Source: Pyrinomonadaceae bacterium
GTDB taxonomy: Bacteria; Acidobacteriota; Blastocatellia; Pyrinomonadales; Pyrinomonadaceae
Assembly: GCA_044221625.1 (NCBI GenBank)
Contig: JBGAOU010000016.1
Coordinates: forward strand, 12,709 to 76,708
Direction of reading: 5' to 3'
DNA: 64,000 nt
This document shows positions 38,347 to 46,815 of this stretch, one piece after another; the stretch's first letter is position 1; each line of letters starts with the position of its first letter. Position numbers and translations under genes: made by a program. Under the pieces are notes generated by a model, which was given only the letters and a program-made list of their open reading frames with translations, did no database searches and was not told where the DNA came from.

Positions 38347-38955
38347 GCTCCAGCGTCAGAGTCGGCGTCGATTTTTCCGTGCCAAAAACTACTCGAAGAC
38401 TGTAGTTCGCCGTCATCAAGCGGTTCATTGGACACGTCTCAGAACGAAGAACTGGATACGGTCAAGGCTATCAAGGCCGCATACAATATTTGTTCCTTGA
38501 TACCGGGAATCGGATCTGCGTGCGCAGCAGCGTCGGTAATAGTAAGTGCGGGACAAGGAAACCTTGGTGAGGCCGGAACCAATGCTCTAATGGTAATCCC
38601 CGGGCTCAAGCAGCTTAAAGGTGTCGGTTCTGTTGTACGGGCAGCTGATGATGTAGCCGTCTACGTGTCGCGTGTAGGAAACGACATTCAATATGTTGGA
38701 CTTACCAGTAATATAATTAGACGGGCGGGGGAACATTTTAGATCTACGGGAATTGCAATCGAACCGTTGATCGGAGGTCTAACGAGAGCCGAAGCGAGAG
38801 GTGTAGAACAGGCGTTAATTAAAATACATGGTCTTCAGAAAAATGGTGGTACGTTACTAAATAAAATCAACAGCATTGCAAAATCCAATCCGAAATATGA
38901 ACAACTAACCAAAAGAGGGTTTGAGATTTTACGTGAAAATGGCTACACATGGTAA
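38338..38955 (+). CDS. orphan toxin cassette 2: pre-toxin Gly-rich linker plus GIY-YIG-like nuclease domain (no Rhs arm, no ATG start)
   Basis: [27 protein letters not shown]...[15 protein letters not shown]...LLNKIN reproduces the GIY..YIG..R..H..E..N order of GIY-YIG (URI) nucleases. The upstream [13 protein letters not shown]...[21 protein letters not shown] resembles a pre-toxin TG linker. The frame opens with TTG; the first in-frame ATG is at codon 85. Confidence 0.55.
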   Translation: MPHAPASESASIFPCQKLLEDCSSPSSSGSLDTSQNEELDTVKAIKAAYNICSLIPGIGSACAAASVIVSAGQGNLGEAGTNALMVIPGLKQLKGVGSVVRAADDVAVYVSRVGNDIQYVGLTSNIIRRAGEHFRSTGIAIEPLIGGLTRAEARGVEQALIKIHGLQKNGGTLLNKINSIAKSNPKYEQLTKRGFEILRENGYTW

Positions 38956-39416
38956 GAACAATGAAGATACAAATGGGTGATACATTCGAAATCAAGACAG
39001 CTCAGGGATTAGGTTATATACAGTTTGCTTACCGCGATAAAAACGGAATTGAATATGTTCGAGTTATACGTGGACTGTTTGATAGTCGACCAGCTGGTTT
39101 GGTCGATTTGGTTGGCAAAAAAGAACAGTTCATTGTTGGATTTCCGTTAACTATTGCCGCTAACAAGGAACTTGTAAATTACGTCGCCCGCTTCCTGCTC
39201 CCAGCAGATTTTGAAATGCCGCGATATATGAGGGCAAAGCATTATGTCAGAGGAAAGTTTCTTGGTTGGCATATCGTAGATATTAGTAATTGGAAAAGAA
39301 AGCTAGTCTCGAATTTAAGTGAACAAGAAGTGAAAATGTCTCCGTTGGGAGTTTGGAATGACACATTGTTAAAAGAGCGGATAGCTACCGGTTGGTGTTT
39401 AGAAAACTGGGTCTGA
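38949..39416 (+). CDS. putative immunity protein for orphan toxin 2
   Basis: Its ATG overlaps the toxin stop by 7 nt. 155 aa, low GC, no family recognised. The call is positional. Confidence 0.5.
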   Translation: MVRTMKIQMGDTFEIKTAQGLGYIQFAYRDKNGIEYVRVIRGLFDSRPAGLVDLVGKKEQFIVGFPLTIAANKELVNYVARFLLPADFEMPRYMRAKHYVRGKFLGWHIVDISNWKRKLVSNLSEQEVKMSPLGVWNDTLLKERIATGWCLENWV

Positions 39417-39512
39417 CGGTTTTCTTTCCAGCTATTCGTTTACGACGCCGGAGGTGCGCTTGCGGCGGAGTATTCGACACAGGTCGAGACGGCAAACCCA
39501 CAAGAAAGCTAT

Positions 39513-40790
39513 TTGACAACAGACCACCTGGGAAGCCCGCGCGTGATCACCGACAAGAGCGGCAACGTTATTTATCGCAGAGACTTCATGCCATTTGGTG
39601 AAGAACTCTCAGAAGGAGTCGGGACCAGAAGCACGACTCTGAAATATGCCGCCAGCGGAACTGATGGCGTTCGTAAACGCTTTACGGGCTACGAGAAGGA
39701 TGCTGAGACCGATCTCGATTTCGCCGAGGCCCGAATGTATCAAAACAAACACGGGCGATTCACCGCCGTCGATCCATTGATGGCTTCCGCCAGTCCCGGC
39801 GACCCTCAGACTTACAACCGATATTCATACACTGGAAACAACCCCATCAATCGCACCGATCCGGCAGGTTTGAAGTGGTGTAGAGAGGACGCAACGGGCA
39901 ATGCCAAATTCACCGGTGAAGGAACCGCTTTTGATAAAGGATGGACGGGTTTTGATGATCAAGAGAGAAGAGTGTCCAACGGGGGTAATTTCAATGGAAC
40001 GTATTTAGCCACTGGCCAAATTGCGTTTTTCAACTCTAATGGATCGATAGAGCTTCGTGAGAAGCCGAGTGAATCAGATCAAGTTGAAAGACAAAATCAG
40101 AATGTAGTACAGGGTCAAAATGAAGTTATAGAGTCATCTGTAACGGAACTGGCGACCAATATCACGATCAGACCACGAGCCGATCTTCCGCTGCCTCCTT
40201 GCGTCCCAGGCACGGGTTGTCAGGATGTCTCAAAACCAAGCCCGCCGTCACTAGAAGTGGGGGCAAGCGCCGACGAAGTCCTCGACGCGACGCAGACAGT
40301 AACAGAAACGATCGGTCTCGTCCCGGGTCTCGAAGTTGCAGATCTGGCTTCCGGGGCGATTAGTGGATTTCGCGGTGATTACACCGGGATGATCCTGAGC
40401 GCCGGGGCTATTCTTCCGGTTGGCGGTCAAGTATTTACAGGTGTTAAATGGGCTCGGCGTTTAGAAAAGGCTCGAGAACTTGGTAAAGCTGGAGAATTAG
40501 CCGCTGGCATTACCGAAGCTAAAAAAGCAATCGAAGTTGGTGGTCGAAAACTGTTTCCGGACGCGGTTGATAACGTTGCAGGCGTACTTACAGAAGTCAA
40601 AAATCTCGGAAAGCAGAGTTATACTAGACAACTGCGAGAATATAGCAAATATGCGCGGTCGCAGCCTGAAAAGATGGATTTTGTCCTATTTACTCGAAGT
40701 GACACGATCTTGTCCGGCCCGCTTAAGCGAGAAATTAGCAGCGGCAACATCATTCACAAATGTTTCGATGGTCCGTGCAAACAATTCTAG
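39513..40790 (+). CDS. orphan Rhs fragment 3: last ~150 aa of Rhs core plus PD-(D/E)xK (Tox-REase-7-like) nuclease tail
   Basis: The open frame actually begins at 39417, directly after and in frame with the TGA of the preceding gene (..FVYDAGGALAAEYS..). DHLGSPRVITD, FMPFGEE, FTGYEKDAETDLDFAEARMYQNKHGRFTAVDPL and DPAGL mark the core, whose end is at 39872. The tail has a PT-TG-like GLVPGLEVADLASGA.. and then FPDAVDNVAGVLTEVKNLGKQSYTRQLREY (PD..E.K). Confidence 0.7.
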   Translation: MTTDHLGSPRVITDKSGNVIYRRDFMPFGEELSEGVGTRSTTLKYAASGTDGVRKRFTGYEKDAETDLDFAEARMYQNKHGRFTAVDPLMASASPGDPQTYNRYSYTGNNPINRTDPAGLKWCREDATGNAKFTGEGTAFDKGWTGFDDQERRVSNGGNFNGTYLATGQIAFFNSNGSIELREKPSESDQVERQNQNVVQGQNEVIESSVTELATNITIRPRADLPLPPCVPGTGCQDVSKPSPPSLEVGASADEVLDATQTVTETIGLVPGLEVADLASGAISGFRGDYTGMILSAGAILPVGGQVFTGVKWARRLEKARELGKAGELAAGITEAKKAIEVGGRKLFPDAVDNVAGVLTEVKNLGKQSYTRQLREYSKYARSQPEKMDFVLFTRSDTILSGPLKREISSGNIIHKCFDGPCKQF

Positions 40791-40805
40791 AGAACTCAGT
40801 TAGAT

Positions 40806-41444
40806 ATGAACTTGAACGAACGCATTTACGAATTAAACGCTAGGTTCAATGAACTAGTTGGGAAATCACCTAAAACGCCAACGGAAATGGAGGAGAAGGA
40901 GTTGGTTCGGGCCGAATTAGAAAAAGCACTGCTAAAACAGTCGCAACCTCTTCACGATGACGTTTTGGCAGTCGGCATTCGAATCAAATCCGTTTCGGAT
41001 TTCGTTAATACTGCAGATAAATACCCAGAGGCAATTCCGGTACTTGTCAAGCACCTGACAAGACCGTACCACCAACGAACAAGGGCAGGCATAGTCCGGG
41101 CTTTGACTGTAAAAGAGGCCAAAGGCATCGCCAATAAAGCAATACTTGCGGAGTACCGTAAGGCTCCGAAGGACGACTTTCATTTTGCCTGGTTATTTGG
41201 AAATGCCATGAGCGTCATAGTGACGGCGGACGATCTAGAAGAATTGATCGATATCGTCAAGGATGAAAGCAACGGCGAATCGCGAACCGGATTCATCGAG
41301 GCCTTGGCGAAGATCAGATCGCCCCGAGTTATTGAAGTACTCCATCAACTCGAAAAAGATAAGAATCGGATAGTGGCCGAACGGGCAATGAAAATGCTCG
41401 CCCGAAAAGCGAAATCACCAGACCGAAAAACACGTTCACGCTGA
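40806..41444 (+). CDS. HEAT-repeat-like protein, putative immunity for orphan toxin 3
   Basis: AIPVLVKHLTRPYHQRTRAGIVRALT and ESRTGFIEALAKIRSPRVIEVLHQLEKDKNRIVAERAMKML resemble PBS-lyase/HEAT repeats. It lies 15 nt after the toxin stop. Confidence 0.55.
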   Translation: MNLNERIYELNARFNELVGKSPKTPTEMEEKELVRAELEKALLKQSQPLHDDVLAVGIRIKSVSDFVNTADKYPEAIPVLVKHLTRPYHQRTRAGIVRALTVKEAKGIANKAILAEYRKAPKDDFHFAWLFGNAMSVIVTADDLEELIDIVKDESNGESRTGFIEALAKIRSPRVIEVLHQLEKDKNRIVAERAMKMLARKAKSPDRKTRSR

Positions 41445-41866
41445 AGCCAACCAGATCCTTTGCCGTGAACTTTGCGGCTCCTGAGTCTCAAACGATCTAT
41501 TCATGAAAAGGTCAACTCACATAAGTGTTGATATTTGACGACTTAGAGTAACGCATACAACGTGAGACTCATTCCGGCATTTGCCTTATCGCGGGTTTCG
41601 GGCGTTTAGGCGATGTCGGGCTTTGGTGCTGATCTGGAGCGTTTGGACTCGCGCTTGTGAAGCCGGAGAAGCAGGCGTTCGGCTCGGCGGCCGGTATGAT
41701 GGCGACCGGCGGCGAAAACGACATTACCGACGAGCCGGAACGCGGCTTTCCGTTTGCGGCCCGATGGGCGATTCTTGCCTCAAATTCGATTTCAGAATAA
41801 ACTCTGCCTAGCAGCAATTCTTATACGACTATTCGATATCGTAATAGCTCGGCCATTTTTATACAG

Positions 41867-43234
41867 ATGAAATTTTATAACGACATTCTCGGACTGATCG
41901 GCAAGACGCCGCTCGTACGGATCAACAATATTACCAAGCAGCTCAAGATCAAGGCGCCGATCTATGCCAAGATGGAGAGTTTGAACCCCGGATATTCGGT
42001 CAAGGACCGCATCGGCATCTCGATGATCGACTGGGCCGAGCGCGAGGGCGTCTTGAAAAAGGGCGGCACGATCATCGAGGCGACATCGGGCAACACCGGC
42101 ATCGGTCTCGCACTGGTCGCGGCCGTACGCGGCTATAAGTGCATATTTGTGCTGACGGAAAAGGCGTCGACCGAAAAGGTGCGTTATCTGAAGGGTTTGG
42201 GGGCCGACATCGTCGTCTGTCCGGCGGCGGCCAAGCCCGGCACGCCCGACCACTATGTCGCCACGGCAAAACGCATAGCCGAGGAAACGCCGAATTCGTT
42301 TTACCCCGACCAGTACAATCACCCCGAGAATCCGGCGGCGCACTATCGCACGACCGGCCCCGAGATCTGGGAGGACACCGAGCATAAGATCACGCACTTT
42401 GTCGCCTCGATCGGCACGGGCGGCACGATCAGCGGCACTGGCCGATTTCTAAAGGAAATGAATCCCGACATCAAGGTGATCGGCGCCGACCCGTACGGTT
42501 CGATCTTTAAGACCTACAAGGAATCGGGCTTTATCCCCGAGGCGACGCCGTACCTGGTCGAGGGCATCGGGCAAAACCTGCCCGTCGGCAACGCCGACCT
42601 CAACACGATCGACGAGATCATCAACATCACCGACCGCGAATCATTTGACATGGCACGCCAGCTCGGCCGCCGCGAAGGCATCTTTTGCGGGGGCTCGGCC
42701 GGCACGATCTTCGCCGCCGCACTCAAGGTGGCCAAGGACCTCGACGAATCGGCCTGCATAGTCTTTATCGTCTGCGATACGGGCGAGCATTACCTAAGCA
42801 AGTTCCACTCCGACGAGTGGATGAAGGAAAAGCTGCTGCTCGAACCGCAGCGGATCACCGCCAGCCTGATCGCCGACACCAAGAGCGCCGGTTCACCGCG
42901 GCAGCTGATCTCGGTCGGGCCTGACGAAAAGGTCTCGGCGGCACTGGCCCTGATGAGCGAGAACGGCGTCACACAGCTGCCCGTCATCGACGGCCACACG
43001 TCGGTCGGCAGCCTTCGCGAAAGCCACATTTTGACCAATCTGCTCAAGGACCGCGAACTGCTCGACGCCAAGGTCAGCGACATTATGGACAAGAGCTTTC
43101 CGGTCGTGGACGTTGACGAGAGCTTTGATTCGATCAAGAATAAGCTGACCAAGTCGCCGGCCGTCGTGATCGAGGATTTTAAGCGGATCACGGGTATAAT
43201 TACGCGTTCGGACGTTTTGGACCTGCCGCACTAG
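41867..43234 (+). CDS. cystathionine beta-synthase (PLP CysK-like domain + tandem CBS domains)
   Basis: [23 protein letters not shown] (PLP lysine), GNTGIGLA, and a C-terminal CBS pair (VTQLPVIDG.., [11 protein letters not shown]). 455 aa. Confidence 0.85.
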   Translation: MKFYNDILGLIGKTPLVRINNITKQLKIKAPIYAKMESLNPGYSVKDRIGISMIDWAEREGVLKKGGTIIEATSGNTGIGLALVAAVRGYKCIFVLTEKASTEKVRYLKGLGADIVVCPAAAKPGTPDHYVATAKRIAEETPNSFYPDQYNHPENPAAHYRTTGPEIWEDTEHKITHFVASIGTGGTISGTGRFLKEMNPDIKVIGADPYGSIFKTYKESGFIPEATPYLVEGIGQNLPVGNADLNTIDEIINITDRESFDMARQLGRREGIFCGGSAGTIFAAALKVAKDLDESACIVFIVCDTGEHYLSKFHSDEWMKEKLLLEPQRITASLIADTKSAGSPRQLISVGPDEKVSAALALMSENGVTQLPVIDGHTSVGSLRESHILTNLLKDRELLDAKVSDIMDKSFPVVDVDESFDSIKNKLTKSPAVVIEDFKRITGIITRSDVLDLPH

Positions 43235-43251
43235 CCGGCACCGGGACACAA

Positions 43252-43707
43252 ATGAGCGATAACAAATGGACAATGCCTGAACCGGTGTTTCGCAGCTCGA
43301 CGGGCGAGCTCGTCCGCCCGGGCGTGGCCGAGCCGATCGATCCGGAACCGGACACGCTCCAGCCCGAGGCTCCGGACGAGGATGAGGTCGTACTCGAGTT
43401 GCCGGACGACCCGCTGGCAAAGCTCTATGCCCCGCCCGAGGGCATGGCCGAACCCAAACCGCCCGCATCGGCCGCACCGGCAGCAGCCCATGTGCCGGCT
43501 GTCGAGATCGAACCCCAACCCTTTATTTCCGAGGAGTTTACTGCCGAGATCGCCGTGGCCGAGGTACGGCCCGCCGACCCGAAACGGTCTTCGGGGTCGG
43601 TGGTCGCGGCGCTCGTGTTCTTTGCCCTGGCGGCAATCGTGGTCGGGTTTATCGCGATCGTTTACTACCTGTTTTTCACCGGCCGCTCCGACGCCGGCGG
43701 ATTCTGA
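43252..43707 (+). CDS. acidic Pro-rich protein with C-terminal TM anchor
   Basis: 151 aa. PEP-rich low-complexity region followed by VVAALVFFALAAIVVGFIAIVYYLFF. Confidence 0.45.
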   Translation: MSDNKWTMPEPVFRSSTGELVRPGVAEPIDPEPDTLQPEAPDEDEVVLELPDDPLAKLYAPPEGMAEPKPPASAAPAAAHVPAVEIEPQPFISEEFTAEIAVAEVRPADPKRSSGSVVAALVFFALAAIVVGFIAIVYYLFFTGRSDAGGF

Positions 43708-43774
43708 TCTGCAACGGCGGCGATCTGCCGCCGCAAACCGCAAATAGTTTGGTACGATATCGTCGTAAACTAGT

Positions 43775-45385
43775 ATGCAGGACGCGATACTAAAATTCGG
43801 CGGCGTTCAACGTGTGATCGACAGCGACGTTACCGCTATCGGCCGCACGTCGGACAACGCGGTCGCCTTTACGTCCGATACCAACGTGTCGCGCTATCAC
43901 GCCGAGATCGAACGCCGCGGCGGCGATCATTACCTCATCGACCTGCAGAGCAGCAACGGCACGACCGTCAACGGGACGCGCGTCAGCGGCGAGGTGCTAT
44001 TGGCTCCCGGAGACGTCATCGTATTTGGAGGTTCGAGCGAGGCCGTTTTTGACCTTGCTGACAGTTCGGCAAACCGCGCCGCCTCCGGCACCGACGCCGC
44101 GGGTGATAGCGGCCCGTCACTCGCCGACGCTCCGGGAATGTCGGCCGCCGGCAGCGAGTTCTCATCGCTCGGTTCACAGGCGTCGAGCGAGGCCGAATAT
44201 GCCGCCCGCAACGCCCTCCAACAGGGCATCAGCAACGCGACGGGCGCCGATGTGCCGACGTCGTCGTCAAATCCGACCGTGCTGATCGCCGGCATCGTCG
44301 TCGGGCTGGCGGTCGTCTGTGCGGTCGCGGCCGGTGCGTTTTACCTGACGCGCGGAACCTCCGCCTGCAACGCGACGGCCCGGATCGTCAAGCCCGAAGC
44401 CGGCGACACGATCAGCTCGCCGGTCGAGATCGAGGTCGAGTCCGACAACACCTCGTGCGTCGAACGTGCCGTCTTTCTACTTGACGGCCAGGAAGTCGCG
44501 ACGGCCGCCGGGCCTAATTTTTCGGCGACCCTCGACCCGAAAGAGCACCCCGAACTCGCCGACGGTGTCGATCACAGCCTCGAGATAGTGCTGATCGATC
44601 AGGACGGCCGTCAGATACCGCAGGGCGGCGGTATTGCCCTTGCTTTTGAAACGCGGGCCGTCGCCAAACCGTCGCAAACGCCGGTCGTCGCCCAGGCGAA
44701 CACCCAGCCCGGCAAGCCGGCGGGCCGCGGACAGCCTTCGCTGGTGCAGGTGAGCGATATGACACAGCGTCTGGTCAGGCAATTTTCGGGTAGTTTCAGC
44801 TACAACGTCTCGAACAAGCAATTTTTGCAAGAGGTGCAAAAGCGTGCGGCCGAATACGCGGTCGAGGGTTATTCGCAGCGGGCCGCAGTTTATCGCGACA
44901 CTATCAACACGGCGTTCGTCCGCGAACAGAACATCGATCCGCCGTTTGCCTACTTTACGGCGATGGCCCGCAGCCGGTTCGCCGTCGAAAAACAGGGCTC
45001 GGACGAGGGGCTTTGGCGATTGACGGCCGCCTTTGTCACCGACAACAAATACAACGGAATGTGCGGGACCGAGACGCTCTCCGACCCGTCGCAGACATGC
45101 GCCGCACGCTCGGCCGCACTGTACGCCAAGGCGTTGATCTTCGGCGTTTTTGACGGCGACACGATCTACGGCGCCATCGCCTTTGGCAAATCGCCGCAGG
45201 ACGCCGCCGCGTGGAAGGCGACTCTGCCGCAGAACCGCTCCGACGTTTGGAATTCGGTCCGGACACCGGCCGAACGCGAGCAGTTGGTGCGTTTTTTCGC
45301 GGCCGGGATCGTCGCCGAAAACCCGCAGGCGTTCGGGCTCACGAAGGACCGTCCGCTGTCGGACCTCTACCGCGTGGCGATGTAA
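43775..45385 (+). CDS. FHA domain - TM - Ig-like - degenerate SLT-like domain protein (paralog A)
   Basis: FHA: GRTSDNAVAFTSDTNVSRYHAEI..DLQSSNGTTVNG. TM: LIAGIVVGLAVVCAVAAGAFYL. The C-terminus is collinear with paralog B, but the catalytic E-S is replaced (AMARSR) and GLMQ becomes GLWRL. Confidence 0.75.
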   Translation: MQDAILKFGGVQRVIDSDVTAIGRTSDNAVAFTSDTNVSRYHAEIERRGGDHYLIDLQSSNGTTVNGTRVSGEVLLAPGDVIVFGGSSEAVFDLADSSANRAASGTDAAGDSGPSLADAPGMSAAGSEFSSLGSQASSEAEYAARNALQQGISNATGADVPTSSSNPTVLIAGIVVGLAVVCAVAAGAFYLTRGTSACNATARIVKPEAGDTISSPVEIEVESDNTSCVERAVFLLDGQEVATAAGPNFSATLDPKEHPELADGVDHSLEIVLIDQDGRQIPQGGGIALAFETRAVAKPSQTPVVAQANTQPGKPAGRGQPSLVQVSDMTQRLVRQFSGSFSYNVSNKQFLQEVQKRAAEYAVEGYSQRAAVYRDTINTAFVREQNIDPPFAYFTAMARSRFAVEKQGSDEGLWRLTAAFVTDNKYNGMCGTETLSDPSQTCAARSAALYAKALIFGVFDGDTIYGAIAFGKSPQDAAAWKATLPQNRSDVWNSVRTPAEREQLVRFFAAGIVAENPQAFGLTKDRPLSDLYRVAM

Positions 45386-45386
45386 A

Positions 45387-46799
45387 ATGAAGCAGGTCAC
45401 CCTTACATACCGAACGCCCAATGGCACGCAAACGATCGCGATCGACGGCGAACGGCTGTCGTTCGGACGCGGCAGCGAGGCCGATCAGCGGTTTGCCGAC
45501 AATGGCCTTTCGCGGCTGCACGCGGTCATTTACCGCGAGGGCGACCGCATCTGGATCGTCGACGAAAATTCGACCAACGGCACCTTTGTCAACGGCGAAC
45601 GCGTCGCCGCGGCCGGAACGCCGCTGCGCGACGGCGACCGTATCAATCTCGGCGATAACACGACCCTGACCGTCAGCGTCGCCGAACCAACTCCCGCCGC
45701 AGCCGCGGAGCCGCCCGCCGTTCAGTCGGTTTCGGCCGGCGCACCGCCGGCAAGTTTCGGTATGCTGCCCGTCATCGTAATTGCGGTCGCGATAATGGTG
45801 ATCAGTGTTTCGGCCGTTTTGATCGGTTTTGCGGTATTCGACAGCGGGCCGCAGATAGCGTCGAACCGCGACTTTGATGAGCCGATCGATGACGACCCGC
45901 GGCCTTCGCCGACGCAAAAACCGTCGGGTTCGCCGGCGTCATCGCCGGGAACCGCCGGCAATTCGAACGCCGCTGCCGACGACCTGCCAGCCAACGGGCC
46001 GGCCGGGCCGACGAACAACCTGCCGCCCGGCAAGAAATATGCCGAGATGACCGATACCGAACGCCGCCAGTACATCGAAGCAAAGGCGATGCGGATCGCC
46101 CAGATCATCGGCAACAGCGGCAGCGAGGCGATACCCGCCGCGGCCGTCGATAAGATCAAGGGGTTTGTTGACGGATACGCATCGCGGGCGAAGGTAAAGC
46201 CGCTCGGCGGATGCCGGTTCGGCGATAATCTGCAGGTGACGTTTGAACGCGCGAGCAAGAACGCACCTTTTGTCGTTCGCGCGTTCAACGAAAAAGGCAT
46301 CGATCCGCGGATCGGGCTCTATCTCGCGATGATCGAATCGGAACACTGCGTTTGCCTGCAGAGCCCGACCGGGCCGCTCGGGATGTTTCAGTTTACAAAG
46401 GCCACCGCCGAGATCCACGGCCTCAAGGTGATCTCCGGCGCTTCGCCGTCAAACCCCGACGAACGCTGTCAGCCCGAGCCCGCCGCGAGGGCCGCCGCGT
46501 CGTATATGAAGGCTCTGACCGGCCGCTACGGCACGGGCCCGGCGAGCGTACCGCTGGCGATCGGCAGTTATAACAGCGGCGAGGGCGGCCTGAGTTCGAA
46601 CCTGCAAAAGGCACTCGACTCAAACTCCGGGCTGCCGCGTGATTTTTGGACACTTATCGCAAACGGCGACAAGCTTTCGAAACAATTCCAGTCGGAGAAC
46701 TTCAAGTACGTTCCGAAGTTCTTTGCGGCCGCCATCATCGGCGAAAACCCGCAGGATTTCGGGCTGAACCTACAGCCCGTCTCGACGTATACCAAGTAG
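45387..46799 (+). CDS. FHA domain - TM - lytic transglycosylase (SLT) domain protein (paralog B, catalytic motifs intact)
   Basis: ORF 45150 trimmed to ATG 45387, 2 nt after the upstream stop. FHA: FGRGSEADQRFADNGLSRLHAVI..DENSTNGTFVNG. TM: LPVIVIAVAIMVISVSAVLIGFAVF. SLT motifs: LAMIESE (Glu codon 46335-46337), GPLGMFQF and AIGSYNSGEG. Confidence 0.8.
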   Translation: MKQVTLTYRTPNGTQTIAIDGERLSFGRGSEADQRFADNGLSRLHAVIYREGDRIWIVDENSTNGTFVNGERVAAAGTPLRDGDRINLGDNTTLTVSVAEPTPAAAAEPPAVQSVSAGAPPASFGMLPVIVIAVAIMVISVSAVLIGFAVFDSGPQIASNRDFDEPIDDDPRPSPTQKPSGSPASSPGTAGNSNAAADDLPANGPAGPTNNLPPGKKYAEMTDTERRQYIEAKAMRIAQIIGNSGSEAIPAAAVDKIKGFVDGYASRAKVKPLGGCRFGDNLQVTFERASKNAPFVVRAFNEKGIDPRIGLYLAMIESEHCVCLQSPTGPLGMFQFTKATAEIHGLKVISGASPSNPDERCQPEPAARAAASYMKALTGRYGTGPASVPLAIGSYNSGEGGLSSNLQKALDSNSGLPRDFWTLIANGDKLSKQFQSENFKYVPKFFAAAIIGENPQDFGLNLQPVSTYTK

Positions 46800-46815
46800 G
46801 ACCGCCGTCGCAACG

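Noticed and set aside
41445-41866. Possible SAM/S-box-type riboswitch or gene remnant upstream of cystathionine beta-synthase
   Set aside because: There is only a weak GGCCCGATGGG resemblance to the S-box core. The ORFs here (41569-41817 on both strands) have no recognisable motifs. It cannot be supported without a covariance-model search.
45150-45386. 79-codon upstream extension of the second FHA gene ORF; similar extensions exist at 8516-8620 (queE) and 47978-48064 (YkgJ-like)
   Set aside because: The extensions lie inside the preceding genes in another frame and are Arg/Pro-rich. Good ATG starts occur just after the upstream stops.
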